Assembly (NCBI RefSeq): GCF_009914755.1
Contig: NC_060934.1
Origin: the human T2T-CHM13v2.0 reference genome, Homo sapiens
Strand: one strand, 5' to 3'
Length of the DNA: 64,000 nt
The first letter of the stretch is position 1. Each line of letters begins with the position of its first letter. Positions 37,821 to 52,920 of this stretch are shown one piece after another. The notes beneath the pieces were generated by a model. The model saw only the letters and a list, made by a program, of their open reading frames with translations, was not told the DNA's origin and did not search any database. Position numbers and translations under genes: made by a program.

Positions 37821-39307
37821 CAGAAATGATCACGTCTAATAAATAGAGGTGGTCAGAAAATAAATGGACTCCCTTGTGAGGGATCTCCACATGAAGTCAT
37901 CTTGTGATACAAAGTGTAAATTCTCAACTGTTTTTTAATGTCTCTTGCACCAGCCAATTACAATATTTTATAGATAGAGAAAGCACAAAGGAGAAGGTGG
38001 AAAGAAAAGAAGGAACATAAAAGTTTTCAACTGGTCAAGGGCTGACCAGGGTGCTTCGATAAGGGATACTTTGGTATGTAAGGTCCATTAATATGAGAAC
38101 CGATTGGACTTTCTTTTCTTTAAAGAAACACAAACTTTCATCCTCAGCCTCAGAGTTTTTTCAGCAGTGGCAATCCACTGACTTCATGACCTGGGAGCGT
38201 CGCCACAGCTTGGGAGCTGCTGGCTGGCTGAGAAGACAGGGGCATCCCCCAGGCTGGTATATTTTATGTGTAATTCAAGGACGATCCTAAGAAAAAGTAT
38301 TGTTATCTTTACCTATCTGAATTATAAATGATGATATTTGGTGTAGATTCCAAATTCCGTCTTCATTCGTATGCCTCTATCACTAACAGATCTTTTTAAT
38401 CATTTTTTCTGATGATAAAAAATACCTTTATAGTAGAAATTTTTGTTCACAAAATAAAATTGTAAAGGTGAAAATAAAAGTCACTTATAACATTACCCAG
38501 AATAACCAATTAGACATTTTGAATATTTGCCTTTCTGATGACCTCTGATTAAGTCAAACACTGTGTGAAAGTGTGAGGAATTTTGAAGTCCCATGATAAA
38601 TAACCGACAGAGGCTTTGCTTCTAACAATTCAACTTGCTCATTCTGTACTTTCATAGCCCAGGGTGAAAAATTGCTCTAAATCACTCATGAGTTCCTTCA
38701 CCCGAGTAGTGGCCAGCTCACCAGCTAGATCCAACCCTGGGAGGGACAGGGCACTTAGACAAGGTGGCTGCTGACACCACACTGAACTCACAGCATCCAA
38801 CCCCAGTTTACATACTTAAAATGTTGCCAACTCCTAAGAAAACCTTGAAAAAGAGAACTCCATTTTCCATTCTGAATGAAAAAGTCATGAGATTTTCTTG
38901 TGATATATGAGGAGAGGCAGAAGGCAAATATTTCTCTTTTTGTCCTTAAAACTAAAAGGAAAACCAACTGTATGTTCTCCTTTCAAAGTGTGATAAATTG
39001 TTGTATTCACTCTCTTCTCAAAAGACAAATACCATTTTCTGATTTACTAGGGTACTAGTGTGTTCTTTGTGGTTGGGGCCAAAATTTGAATAAGCCTTGC
39101 CAAATCACTTTAAAGTTTAGCTTGAATCTTGTTTAAATTCCTTATCACTCAGATTTAACTCAATACATATTCTTTTTCACAGGGTAGGGAAATGACTGGT
39201 TAAGAGATAAATGAAAATCAGGGTGCTCTGTGACTTTCCATTAGTTTGATAACCTTTCTGAGCCTTCGTTTCCTCACTGAAGAATGGTAACAGTAAGAGT
39301 ACCCACA

Positions 39308-39821
39308 TGTGGTAGATTGCAAAAATGTCCACAGTCTTTACTCCATGTCTGCATTTTCTTTGCAATGGGACTTTGCAGCTCCTTCTGTCAAGAAGTGAAG
39401 TCTGTTTCCTACCCCTTTAATCTGGTCTAGCCTGGTGACTTGCTTTGGTCAGTAAAATGTGATAGAAGTGACAGTGTGCCAGTTATGAACCTAGACCTTA
39501 AGATGGCTTGCCTGCTTCCACTTTCTCAGAACCATGCCCAGCTGCCATATGAACAAGTCTAGGCTACTGTGTTCAGGAATGAGAGATCACACAGAGCAGA
39601 GACAAGCCATCCCTGTTGAGGCTATCCTAGACCAGAAAGCCCCCAGCCAAACACCATTCAAACACAAATACATGAATAAGCACAATCAAGACCAGAAGAA
39701 CCACTTTGCTGAGCCCAGTCCAAATCATTGAACAGCAGAATTGTGAGCAAAAATGAGTGCTATTGTTTAACACTATTAAATCTTAAAGTAATTTGTTATA
39801 AAGTAAATGCTAATTGACACA
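39308..39821 (+). mobile_element. MLT1G/H-type MaLR LTR nested in a MIR (about 39220-39940)
   Basis: tgtggtagattgcaaaaatg...gtgacttgctttggtcagtaaaatgtg...taattgacaca. Confidence 0.8.
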
Positions 39822-40944
39822 CTAGCTCCTATAAGCTTCTTGAGAAGTTTTTTTAAACTAATATTTGTAAAATATTTGTAACTGTTTCCATCACTATGTA
39901 AGCTCTAAATTTAGTGTTTATTTTCATAATCATTATTATTATTAAAGTTTCATGCAATCCTCACATTTCCATGATCTACTGGGAAAGAACAAAAAGAAAA
40001 GTCTCAAATATTAACTTGAGTAGGATATTTTGACTTGTATTTCAGCTGCAATCCAAAATGATGAGCAAATTCTAAGTTTATCTGTACTGACACTTTTGTT
40101 GTAATACTAATGGTGCCAACGTGACTACTAATGTTGCCAATGTGACTAGGATCTTTTGGCATCTGAACAAGTATTTTTGCTGACTGTCAAGACTTTAACC
40201 TTACAAGAACTTACTCTTTTGCCAGGGAAATTGAAATTGTTTAAACTTCTTAAAAGAAAGTATCATTCTGATTTGCTTAGACCACCCTGGTTGGAAGTGT
40301 ACTACGTTGAGACCAGGCATGTCCTAAGCAAAATTCACTCATTTCACTGTCCATGCTGGAAATCAGCTGAGTCATCTAAAGTAAGGTTGAATATAATTTC
40401 AGAACTGAAAAATAGTTCTTATTCCTTGTAGGAACAAGTATTTAATATATATTTATATTTTAGTACAATTATTCATAATGTTAGATTACAGCAATTACTG
40501 TTTTTATGAACATAACTTTCCTATAGCTTGTTAGAAGTAATTTTATATGATTACCTGTGTAACCAAAAGCCTAAAAAATTACAAACCTGATCAATAAATT
40601 ACACACCTGAGACTGCTTTTTCACAGTGTCTGGGGGCTAGAGACAGTCTCTCTGCATGTCTTTAGAAAGTACATGTGATTGTCAAGGGCTGCTGGAATAT
40701 ATTTCATTTGGCAAATCCTTCACTTTAATTTTTCTCTATTGCCACCTGTTAGTATAGCAACCTTCACTTTATAAATAATACAACCTTATAGTGGTCTCAT
40801 GGGTTTTGGTTTACAAAGCGCTTGTATACATCATACCATTGTATTTACAAGCAACACTCAAGTCACCTACTTAGTAAGTGACAGCACCAGGTTCAAACCC
40901 AGATTTTCTGATTCTAATCAGGCTGAAGGGCATCAGACACATCT

Positions 40945-41240
40945 ATTCATTTATTTATTTCAGACAAGATCTCTCTCTGTGGCCCAGGCTGTCGTGCAGT
41001 GGTATGATCATGGCTCACCACAGCCTTGACATAACGGACTCAAGTTATCCTCCCACTTCGGCCTCCCAAGTACCTGGGACTACAGGGACAAGCCACTGCA
41101 CCTGACTAATTTTTTTTTTTTTAAGAGATGGGGTCTTACTATAAGGCTCAAGCTAGTCTTGAACTCCTGGACTCAAGGGATCCTCCTCCTTCAGCCTCCC
41201 AAAGTTTTGGGTTTACAGGTATGGAGCATTGTGCCTGGCC
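40945..41240 (-). mobile_element. AluJ
   Basis: gatcatggctcaccacagccttgac...gaactcctggactcaagggatcctcc. Confidence 0.88.
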
Positions 41241-41244
41241 TAAA

Positions 41245-41328
41245 TTTATCTATCTATCTATCTATTTATTTATTTACAGATGGTGTCTTACTCTGTTGCC
41301 CAGGCTGGAGTGCAGTGGCACGATCTCG
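41245..41328 (-). mobile_element. Severely 5'-truncated Alu (about 50 bp plus tail) at the head of the preceding Alu
   Basis: Flanked by tgtgcctggcctaaattt (41230-41247) and tgtgtctggcctaatttt (41329-41346). Confidence 0.8.
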
Positions 41329-41344
41329 TGTGTCTGGCCTAATT

Positions 41345-41540
41345 TTGAATCCTGGCTTTACCATATATTAGCTATATGAACTTGACAAAATTATTTAACC
41401 TTTCTGAATCTCATCTTTTTACATATATGGAAGAGGGATTATAAGATTACATATCTCATAGAATTGTAGTTAAGATTAAATAAAATGATCTGCGTAAAGT
41501 GCTTAGCAACAGAAGCGTTTAATAAATGTTAATTGTCTTT
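41345..41540 (+). mobile_element. MIR
   Basis: ttgaatcctggctttacca...ttatttaacctttctgaatctca...gtaaagtgcttagca. Confidence 0.8.
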
Positions 41541-42306
41541 AACATTTTGATATCATTACTACTATCATTATCCTGGTAGTAGGCTGAGGTGGCTAGAGTC
41601 CTTGAACTTGAGAGTTCAGTGTCTGAGAATGTTCTTAGAATTCTTTCAAGGATGCCAATTTCTCTATCCTCTTGATGTGATGCTTGGCTAACTGTACCAT
41701 TCCACCCAAATGTGAGATGGACAAAGATGAGGCCTAACATGGACTGCATTTACTATCTTTTGTGGTTGGGATTTTGGGGCATGTGTGAGCAGTAATGTAG
41801 TGGTGCATAGAATTTTCTCTCTCAACTGTTATGTTTTCTTACAAGAAAAATTCATTGTTACTGGAGACATATTTGTGATAGAGGGGAATTCAGGGTAAGT
41901 TTAATCCATTCTTTGACCCCTCCATTCAGTCTGATAACAGTTTACCATAATGTGACTGAAAGATAACATCACTGGGAGGTGGGCATTTTCCACTGAAAAT
42001 TGCTTTGTAGGTTCTAAGCAATGAAAGAAGATAGTGTTTGCACATTTGTTTGGTCTCTTCCCTACAATTCTCTTTCATCCTACACTTACATAGAACTTAC
42101 TAATTGCTGTTTATTATCATCTTAAAATCTCTCCATTGCTTCAAGGATTTTCAGCTAGAATTGCATGTGAATTTCTATGCACACTGTGGGTGTGTGTGTG
42201 TGTGCATGCCTGTGTGTGTTCTTTTGTCTGCCTAGAATACTCACCTTATTCCACAGTCTAGCAAGTTACACTCCATTCTTTAAGAGTTATTTCAGGCATC
42301 GTCTTA

Positions 42307-42846
42307 TGATGGTCAACTTGACTGGGTCAGAGGGTGCCCAGACGTTTCAACCCCTATTCTGGATGTGTCTGTGTTGGTGTTTCTGGATGAGATTGACATT
42401 TGAATCACAGACTGGGTAAAGTAGATTTCCTTCTCAAATGTAAGTGGGCCTCATCCAATCAGTTGAAGGCCTGACTAGAACAAAAAAACTGATCCTCCCA
42501 CAAGTAGCAGAGAACTGTCTCACTGCTTATAGCTGGGACGTTGGTTTTGTTCTGTCTTTGGACTTGAACTGAAACATCAGCTCTTCTTTGTTTGCAAGCC
42601 TGTTGGCATTTGAACTGCAACTACAACATTAGCTCTCCTGGTTCTCAGGCATTCAGACTTGGACTAGAACTGCACCATCAGCTCTCCTGGATCTTGTCAG
42701 CCTTTATAGTTGCATAAGCCAATTTCTTACATATTTGTGTAAATCTCTTTACAGCTGTATCTATATCCATCCACCTAAATCAATCTATCTATCCATATCT
42801 ATCTGTCATATTGGTTCTATTTCTCTGAAGAACTCTGACTAATACA
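42307..42846 (+). mobile_element. MLT2 (ERVL) LTR nested in an L2
   Basis: gtcaacttgactggg...gggcctcatccaatcagttgaaggcctga...tctctgaagaactctgactaataca. Confidence 0.88.
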
Positions 42847-43365
42847 CGCTTTCTCCAGAAGTCTTTCAGGACATCCTCTCTGTCCCCTCCCCACTTCCCA
42901 CTGCTGATTGGGTTAGAGTCTTTTTCTTGATGCCACTATAATTACTTACACAGTTTTCTACCTCACCCCTCATCACATAGTGCTAAATTGTCTGTTCTTA
43001 CATCTGTTTTCTGCACTCTACTGTGAGACCTTTGAAGGCAGCAACTGTCTTAGTCACCTTTGTAACTTGCTACTAGTGCAAGTGTCCAGTGAATAATCTT
43101 TAAAGGAAGAATAAACTGAATTGCCCAACTATTTCCTTGCCTGTACTAATTACTGACAGTTCCCTTTGAGGAGCGTATTTGAACTAATTATTTCATTTTC
43201 TGTCCTGCTTCGTTATTCTCTTTCCAAAGAGTATATGGTAAATTTCTCCATCCAAAAATATACTGTGCATTTCTAGCATATATCTCATGTTAGTTGCAAA
43301 CTTTTCTAGTTCCCTTGTACAATATTTTGACTATTCTCCCCAAGTAATAAAAAATGGATAAATAT

Positions 43366-43713
<348 letters not shown>

Positions 43714-44859
43714 TTATATGTATTGATAAATTTTGTGCACATTTATTCATGTAATTAAACATATACAGGTGTATTAAGGTGTAGTGTATATCATGTGTAT
43801 AATATAGACATACACATGTGTATCTACAGATATGTGTATCTATCTATCAATTTCTCATTAATATTCTGAAACTGATGACTATACACATTGGAGCTTGAGA
43901 AAGTCCCTATGTCCCTAAATCTTCAGTCTTACTGAGACTTTCTGTGACAGCTGCAGTGGCAAAGTCACTCAAAGTCACAGCTGTTTAGGGTGCCTATTTC
44001 TTTCCAGTGCCCAGGGTCTCTGCAGTGAGACTTAGCTATTAAGTCATCTAGGGCTTCTGAACCTCCAATCTCAGCAAGAGACTTGCTGGGATATTGTTAT
44101 TTTTTCTTCTTAGTAAGAATATTTTAAAAAACCAACAACCCCTGCTTCTCCATAGATATTCAAGGCACTTCTCATGTGGATGGCAGAGAACACTGGAGAC
44201 ATCTGGGCAATAAGAACTCACAGGGCTGCAGTGCTGTGGCTCGGCCCCTTTCCCAGGGGCAGCTGCTTTGGGTGGAGGCAGCTCTGGAGTCAGGGTCACT
44301 GTGAGTGAGCTGGGATGAGGCTGGGCACTCACCTTTCTTACCCAGGAGGGTCCATCAAGCCTCATCAAGATGCTCCCCTAAATCCAAGAATCATCTGTTC
44401 CCAATTAGAATTTGGCTATTTCCCCAGAAGGCAGAAACCACTGCCATCAGTTTTTGCTTGAATAGCCTTTACTTTTCTTCTTGCTGTATCTGGATGCACA
44501 GCCCCAAACTTGGTGATTGACACGTTAAAAAATGATGAATTGAATGAAATAAATGAAATTACAGAATTTGAGAACGATGAGAAGAGGGGAATGACATCCA
44601 ACTGGATATTTTCTTCCTAAAACTTCCTAGACCTTGACTATTTTTTTAAAAATGATGCAGAAGAAAGTCAATTGGTTAAAAAAATAAAGTCTAAAAAGAA
44701 ATGGACTGAAGATGGAATCCCAGGAGCTCAATCTCCTCAGAGATTGCTGCCTGCTCCTCAGGGATAAATCTAATCTTGTAGGATAATAGCTCTAAATTTC
44801 TTTGAAGATTTGTAATTTTTAACCAAAAATCTTAAGCTTGCTAACACTCCTACATTTAT

Positions 44860-45011
44860 TTCTTTATTTTTTATATTTTTGAGACAAGATCTTGCTCTGT
44901 TGCCCAGGCTGAGTGCAGTGGTGCGATCATAGCTCACTGCTGGGTTCAAGTGATCCTCTGTCTCAGCCTCTGGAGTAGCTGGGATTACAGGCATGTGCCA
45001 CCATGCCTGGC
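44860..45011 (-). mobile_element. Alu right-arm monomer with a deletion
   Basis: gagacaagatcttgctctgttgcccagg...gtagctgggattacaggcatgtgccacc. Confidence 0.85.
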
Positions 45012-45639
45012 TTCCCTCTGACATCTGTAACCTGAGATAAAGTCAGCATTCTCACCTTCAGTCTTTCATCTCAGCCATCAGTAACGAAGAGCAAGCCTGC
45101 ACCTGAAACCGCGTTTGTGTTAAGACTGAGTAAATGAATGGAAAGAGAGTGAATGTATTCTACTCAATGACTGCATGTTAATTTCTGACTAGTTTTTACC
45201 TTATCTATAGTTGTTAACATTAAACTCCAAATGGACTGAAAAGATGAGTTAGAGTAATGGTCTATTTATGTTAGAGCAGTTGCCTTCTTTGGTTGATCAC
45301 TAGTGCCTTCTTATGTCAAATATCCCACAGATAATTTTGAAAACTTTATAGATACACAAGGAAGTGTTTCTCTACTGAAAATACCATGGTGTCTTCTTGG
45401 CCATGGCCTGAAACTCTGGAGTTCATTTGTTTGGTTACAAAACTGCTTAATGTGAAAATGGTTTGAGATCCTAGTAAATTTTTTAAAAGATTTTGCTCTA
45501 TTTCTCAACAGAGACACAAGGAGTAGGATGCCTAAGCAAGGATTTAAAAAGGGCCTCGATACATGGGAGCTTCATTCCCAAATAATCCTTCTCTTAAAAA
45601 GTCAAATGCAAGTGGGGCATTTTATAGTTACAAATGCAA

Positions 45640-46850
45640 TCATTGACATAGGCAGTGATCACCGATGGGTAGTAATACCACTGGATGAACGTTGTTGAAA
45701 AGCAGAGAGTCACAAGGTTTTCACATGCTATTCCTCTGATTAGTAATTATTTACAGAGAGGAAAAGATGCCTTCACAGTGGAGAAATCCGTTGGATAAGT
45801 AATCAAATTGAATATTTATTTTTTATTTTTTTGAGATAGCAATGTGCTCTGTTGACCAGGCTGGCATTTCTAATCATGGAACACATGGCATGTAGTTTCT
45901 GATGTGATACACTGGGAAGGACTCAGTATTACCTATGTGTGGTTCTTCCCCACAAATACATAAGCTGAATCTAACTAAGAGGAACAAATCAGACATTTCC
46001 AAAAATTGTATGTCACATTCCATAAACCAGCTGGCCTGGATTCTTTAAAATTGCCTATGCTGTGTGATATGGTTTGGCTCTGTGTCCCCACCCAAATCTC
46101 TCAAATTGTAATAATCCTCATGTGTCAAGGGAGGGAGGTGGTTGGATAATAGGGGCAGTTTCCCTCTAATGAGTGAATTCTCATGAGACCTGATGGTTTT
46201 ATAAGTTTTTGGAAGTTCTTGCTTCACTTCCTCTTGCCTGTCGCCATGTAAGACATGCTTGCTTCCCCTTGACCTTCCGCCATGATTGTAAGTTTCCTGA
46301 GATCTCCTAGCCATGCTTCCTGTTAAGCCTGCATAGTGATGAGCCAATTAAACTTCTTTCCTTTATAAATTACCCAGTCTCATGTATTTCTTTTTTTTTT
46401 CAGGTGTTTCTTTATAGCAGTGTGAAAATGGACTAATACACCAGAAAGAAAAATAAATGCAAGGGAATTTTCTGGGTTAAAGAAAAATAAAGGAAAGTGA
46501 CAAATAAATGTAATCTAAGATCTTCAGTCTTTGATCTATGATCCTGGATTTTTTTTAAAGCTAAAGGTATAAACTATAGATTAAATAATAGTCTTCATTC
46601 AATGTTAAATTTCTTGAGGTAATGATAGCATTGTGATTATGTAGGAGAATGTCCTTATTCTTAGGAGATACATCCTAAAGTATTTAGGAATGAATTGTTA
46701 TAACATCTGCAACTTGCTTTCAAAGGGCAAAGCAGAGATATATATGTAATATACATGTATGTGTATAGGCACACACATAACTATATATAAAACTATACAT
46801 ATGTGTGTGTGGAGAGTCAGAGAAAGAAAACACACAAAAATAATTTTTTA
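45640..46850 (+). mobile_element. L1MC4/5-like 3' region, split by an MSTA and a tiny Alu fragment
   Basis: ctgatgtgatacactgggaaggac...aatgttaaatttcttga...tatgtaggagaatgtccttattcttagg. Confidence 0.7.
46065..46440 (+). mobile_element. MSTA/THE1 solo LTR
   Basis: tgatatggtttggctctgtgtccccacccaaatctc...gaaaatggactaataca. Confidence 0.92.
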
Positions 46851-47099
46851 AATATAGGAGAGGAAGCTCAGCTTAATCGACAGGGTCTCTGCACAAATGC
46901 AGGAGGCTTGGCAATTGTCTGTTTCCTAGAGAATGTCAGGTGATCTACACCACCCTACCAGCTGGAGAGAGAGATGACCAATATCTTCCTAACTTACATG
47001 TTATTTCTTCAAGACACCCCATAAATTGGGGCTTGTGTAACATCTTAATTTTTCACATAGTGGTTTTGGCAAGAGAACATATTTCGTTATTTTACTAAT

Positions 47100-47338
47100 A
47101 TGGCCCCGGGGCCAGACTACCCAGCTTTTAATCCAGGCTATTAACTTTCTAGCTGTGTAGATCTGGGGAAGTTACTTAATCTCTCCTGATATCAGTATCA
47201 CCTTTCGTCAAAGCGGTAGAACAGCAGTAACTATCTCATAGGGTTATGATAAGGACTAAAGGAAATAAGAAATATAAAGCTCTTGGCATGGTGCCGTGTG
47301 CGTAGTAAGCACTCAATAAATATTTGCTACTATTAATA
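47100..47338 (+). mobile_element. MIR
   Basis: aagttacttaatctctc...tctcatagggtt...tagtaagcactcaataaatatt. Confidence 0.85.
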
Positions 47339-48734
47339 CTAGTGTCATGCATGCTACTCAGATTTCACAACTACAATAATAAAAGTCACCAACAAATATT
47401 TATGAATAACACCCCATGTACCAGGCACTGCTGTTGTTCTTTAAACATCAACGCAGGCCCCTGCCCTAACGGAGCTGGCATCATAGTCAACAATTTCCAT
47501 AAGCCAGGATCATTCTAAGCACCATGTAGAATTAACTCAATTATCAGAATAACTCTGACTCAAGAAGTCTCACTTCAAACATTCTGTTGGTGTCTTTGCT
47601 TGCTGGAATTTTCTGAGGCTTCTGAAAAATAACTGAGTTAAAATTAGTGTATATATATATGTATACGTGGGGGGTGGGGTGGGGAAGAGTTTCTTTTGCT
47701 GTATTTTGTTTTGCTTTTCCAACTCCATGAACCTGTTTAATAACAAAAACCATTTTCTGGTTGAGCCAGCTCTGAAGGGTCCAGTAGAAACAGCCAATGA
47801 AGCCCACTCCTCGTTGCAGGTCAGTGATGTTCTCCAGAATGGGGCAGGTCAGAAGAAACTAACGGGAAAGTGACACAAAGAATAAATCCAACCTCCCTTT
47901 ACTGTAGACTGATTTTTCAGGATATTGGTTCATAAGGTTCAGAATTTCTACCAGGTTTCTTCACTGTAGCCAGTGATGTTATGATTATACCGGTTGGAGA
48001 AGAGAAAGCAGTTGGCATTTAGGGAGTATGGTGCTCGATGCTGTATTCTAAATTCGGAATCATCCCCCTTCCCTGCTCTCTGGACTCCCCTTGCAGCTGC
48101 CCTGTGTGATGCGTTCCAGCTCTATGCCAGGGGTCTCTGCTCACTTGCCTGTTTAGCCCAGTAGGAGTCACAGGGGAGATTCAGTAAACTTGTCAGCAGT
48201 TTGTCATTTATTCTTTTACTTGCAATTCCAGACCCAAAGATGTGTCTTGAACACTCTTGATGTGTTGCTTCACTCTGTGCACCTGCAGATAATTTCTCAG
48301 ACCCTCTCAAATCGTTTTTACCCCCATGCAACCTCAAGACACCTTTCCAAATACATTTCCTTTCATTTTATAAACCCTGAGTATTTCCAAGAAAATGTTG
48401 TTTATATGTTTCTGTTTTGTGTCCACTTATCTCATCCTACTGTTTAGTAAGAAAAATTAGTGTTATTCAAGAAGTCTCATCATCTGTCTTTCCTTTTCGT
48501 TGAGAGAAAGGATGGCCACAGTCTTAACCAAGTTCAAGTCTGGCTGGAAACCCAAAGCCACAGGGTATTTTTTACTTTGCAAATGTTCGTCTTCCTGATC
48601 AAAGAGCCCAGGCTGAAAACTCAGGGAAGGCAGTACCAGAATGGACAAAACAGAAGTACCCAACTACATTAACCGTATAAATTAACAATTTATCTTCTAT
48701 TGACAATTTTGTCTTGAATACTTAAAATATTCTT

Positions 48735-48995
48735 ATCCTCTAATCCCAAAATTCTACTTCTGGGAAATTGTCCTAAGGGCATGGTCAGATAAACACCAAC
48801 AAATTAATGAACACTGTAATATCATTTAGCATAGTGAAAAATCTGAAAATTTATTTGAAACTAAATATCTGACAATATGATATTGGTAAAACAAATTATG
48901 GTATGTCCAAAACATAAAATAATGTGTAACCATTAATGACTGTTTAGTAAAAGAAGATTTAGTGACATAGGAAAATGCTTACAACATATTAAATA
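48735..48995 (+). mobile_element. L1ME-like fragment
   Basis: aattctacttctgggaaattgtcctaagg...acaaattatggtat...ggaaaatgcttacaacatattaa. Confidence 0.65.
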
Positions 48996-49586
48996 ACACT
49001 ATGTACGTCAGTTACAAAGCTAATTACAAAAAGGTGGCCTGGGAGTTATTTAAAATTGATGGGAGAGAATAAACTGATGGAATGTTTAACTGTGACTTCC
49101 ATGGTCAGCTGTGGGATCTTTGCCTCAGAAGGAAAGGGAATTTCTCTCCATGTACCAAAAATGTATCCAGAGCTTTGGATTCTAGAGGGTCAGTGTTTTT
49201 CTATACGCAGAGGACAATGAACAAGCCTTTGTTTCCAAAGTCCAGCACCTTTGGAAGGAAGAAAATGGAGCTTGTGGCTTTTGAGGGGGAAAGAATGTTG
49301 ACTCTCCTGAAGGAATTGGAGTCCCTGGGACTGGGAAGGGGACAAAAGGTTGCAAGTTTTAATGAAGAGCTGAAGCTCAGGATCGTGCTGATGTGCAGCA
49401 CCCAGGAGGAGGGGCAGCAGGTGACAGGGTGACTCCAGGTATCTTCGGGCAGGAGGATGCAGTGCTGCAGCTCATCATGATCTCTATTCCTCCCCGGCTA
49501 CTGGTCCCACGAGGTTACACACATGCTCTGGTGTCTTTCACCTTAAAACAAACCACCTTCCTAGACCCATATTTCCCCATCCCTGC

Positions 49587-49971
49587 TGATATGGTTTGGA
49601 TCTGTGTCCCTGCCCAAATCTCATGTCCTGTTGTAATCTCTAATGTTGGTGGGAGGTGACTGGATCATGCAGGCGGATTTCCCCTTTTGGTGGTGTTCTC
49701 GTGATAGTGAATGAGTTCTCGTGAGATCTGGTTGTTTAAAAGTGTGTAGCACCTCCCCCTCTCTTCCTCCTGCTCCAGCCATGTGCAGTGTTGACTTCTT
49801 CTTCATCTTATGCCATGATTGTAAGTTTCCAGAGGCCTCACCAGAAGCCGAGCAGAAACCGCTATGCTTCCTATGCAGCCTGCAGAACCATGAGCCAATT
49901 AAACTTCTTTTCTTTATATATTACCCAGTCTCAGGTATTTCTTTATAGCAGTGTGAGAATGGACTAACATA
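49587..49971 (+). mobile_element. MSTA solo LTR inside L2-like sequence
   Basis: tgatatggtttggatctgtgtccc...gagaatggactaacata; perfect 5-bp TSD cctgc. Confidence 0.93.
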
Positions 49972-50539
49972 CCTGCCTTACCTCCCCGTTTCTAAAAGCT
50001 TGCCCATGATGGACTGCCTTGTTGCCCTAATTCTGGGTACTGTTCAGCCCCCCACATGTTTTTCCCACCATAATAGTACAGAGATGGCTCCAGGCACCTC
50101 ACTGAGGTCCTCTCTGCTGCCACATTCAGTGGACCACTCCTTCTGCTCACTGCTCTCCAGCCCCCGGTCTCATTCAAGGTCCTCAGTCACTCAAGCCCTC
50201 CTGAAACACCCATGCTCCCAGATTCTGGGACACTGGTGCTTCTGGCTTTCTTCTGACTCGCTGGCTCTTCTTTCTGCCTTCCTTTGCTGACTACTCCAGG
50301 TCAAATTCTAAACGCTGATGGACTACAGATTCAACCTGCCTTCTCTGTGGTCCCCCCTTCCTTCCCTCCCTAGGTAATTTCACCCATTCTCAGAAAAGTA
50401 TTTTTATTCCAGATTGTTTTCATACCTGTGTAGGTCTAGATATCCTGACTTTTGAACCTATACCCCATTTCATGTGAAGCATACTAAAATATACTCACAG
50501 GTCAAAGTAAGTGCGCTTTTTATTGAGAGGGGACCTTCT

Positions 50540-50782
50540 TTTTATTGTGTAAAATATATGTGATGTACATTTTGCCATTTTAATTATTTTTAAATGTTCA
50601 ATTCAGTGGCATTAATTACATTCAGATGCTATGCAACTAACACCACAATCTATTTCCAAAAAGTTTTTATCACTCCAAACAGAAATTCTGTATCCATTAA
50701 GAAATAACTCCCTATTTTCCCCTCCCCCAACCCCTGGTAACCTCTAATCTACTTTCTGTCCTTACAAATTTGCCTAGTCTTG
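50540..50782 (-). mobile_element. L1MB 3' end
   Basis: caattcagtggcattaattacattca...cccctggtaacctctaatctactttctgtc. Confidence 0.85.
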
Positions 50783-51139
50783 ATTAAATATGCCCTTTTT
50801 TTTTTGCTGTTAAAAAAGAATTTTATAATTTTGCTTTTGAAACTTGGTAGAGCATTTCAACTTTACACTGGCTCTCATTTTCCAGCCACCACTAAGGATG
50901 CCCAGATATTCTTATACGATGAGAAAAATTTAAGCCCCAAATTGCATTTTAAAAATGGCCCTTTTATACATACCAAAGTTTAACAATTAATGAAGATGAT
51001 ATAAAACTGTATTTTGAAAACAGTTAATGGATTATTCGTTCATTTTCATTTTATACTCTTGTATTTTGAATTAAGAAAAATACTTCTGGGCTCACATAAA
51101 GTTGCAAAATAATCATACTTCACTATTAAAACCTGTGTG

Positions 51140-51390
51140 GGGCAAGGCACGTGGCTCATGCCTGTAATCCCAGCACTTTGAAAGGCCTAGGCAGGAGAAT
51201 CACCTGGGCAACATGGTGAAACCTCATCTCCACAGAAATCAGCCGGGTATGGTGTAGCACACCTGTAGTTCCAGCTACTCGGGAGGCTGAGGTGGAAAGA
51301 TTACTTGAGCCCAGGAAGTCAAGGCTGCAGTGAGCCATTATCGCACTACCGAGTGAGACTCTGTCTTAAAACCCAAAACAAAACAGAAAA
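51140..51390 (+). mobile_element. AluJ with deletions, inside a minus-strand L1M 3' fragment (about 51040-51730)
   Basis: tggctcatgcctgtaatcccagcactttg...aaggctgcagtgagcc. Confidence 0.8.
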
Positions 51391-51999
51391 CCACCTTGCG
51401 TGGATTTCACCAGTTTTTACATGCACTAATTGTGTGTGTGTGTGTGTGTGGGTGTATAGTTACATCACATTGTATCACATGTATATTTATAGATCCAGGT
51501 AACCATCACCACAATTGGATATAGAGCCTTTCCGCCCTGATTTAAAAAAAAAAAAAAAAAAAAACTCTCTCATTCTGTCCCTTTACAGTCACATCCTCTC
51601 ATCTGGTTGCTGAGTCGCTGGCTGCCACCGATCTGTCCTCTATCTCTATAATTATGTCACTTTGAGAATATTACAGAAATAGAATCTTACAGTGTCATAC
51701 TTTTTGAGATCAGCTTTTCTCACTCAGGATCTGTTTTCCCTGGTCCTTCAGGTACCCTGCTCTCTGAGAAGGTGATCTGCACGGACACACAGGATTGGTG
51801 GGTGGAGAATGTGTTTCAAAAGGTCTACAATAAAAGATTTTTCTGGTTGTGATTTGGTCCACTAAACTTGAAAAATTAGGAACGGATTCAATATTGTGTT
51901 AGAGATGAAGATCCATCATGAAAATTAGTTTTAAATCATTTGGCACTTTCAACTCCTTGCAGTAATACCTTAGGAAATTTTTAAAAACTCATTCTTTCT

Positions 52000-52445
52000 T
52001 CCTTTGCTTCTGTCAATCATCTCCACCTCTTCCCCTTCAACCCAGCCACCATCTTCCCTTGCCTGACCACTCCAAGAAGTGTCCTAGCTATTCTCTGGCT
52101 TCCATTCTTATCCTTCTAAAATCCATTCCCAGGAACAGCTCATGCCCTCTCTCTCCTCACATGTTCTCAGCTTTGAAAATATCTCTTTAAAAGGCTTTCT
52201 CTGACAATCGAATTCTCCCCCACCACAGGTCACACCCAAGTAACCCTGGTCTATTTTATGTTTATATTACTTATGAAGATGAATTAATAGCATTTATCTT
52301 GTTGACTTGCAGTCATTTATTTATTTATATCTTCTCCTTCTATAAAATAACCCCAATGACAGTAAGATCCTCATGTCTGTAGCACCTGCAACACTTTGCA
52401 CAGTCTGTGATCTCAGCAAGTATTTCTGATGGAATGAATGGCTAA
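52000..52445 (+). mobile_element. L2 3' region
   Basis: ccaccatcttcccttgcctgacc...caagtatttctgatggaatgaatg. Confidence 0.6.
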
Positions 52446-52548
52446 ATGAACATACACGAGGCTGAAAAATTGCCCCCAAAGTGATGGAAGCAAGACGGCT
52501 GTAATTACCACGCTATACAATGGCTCGGAAAACCCAGGAGAAAATTTA

Positions 52549-52920
<372 letters not shown>
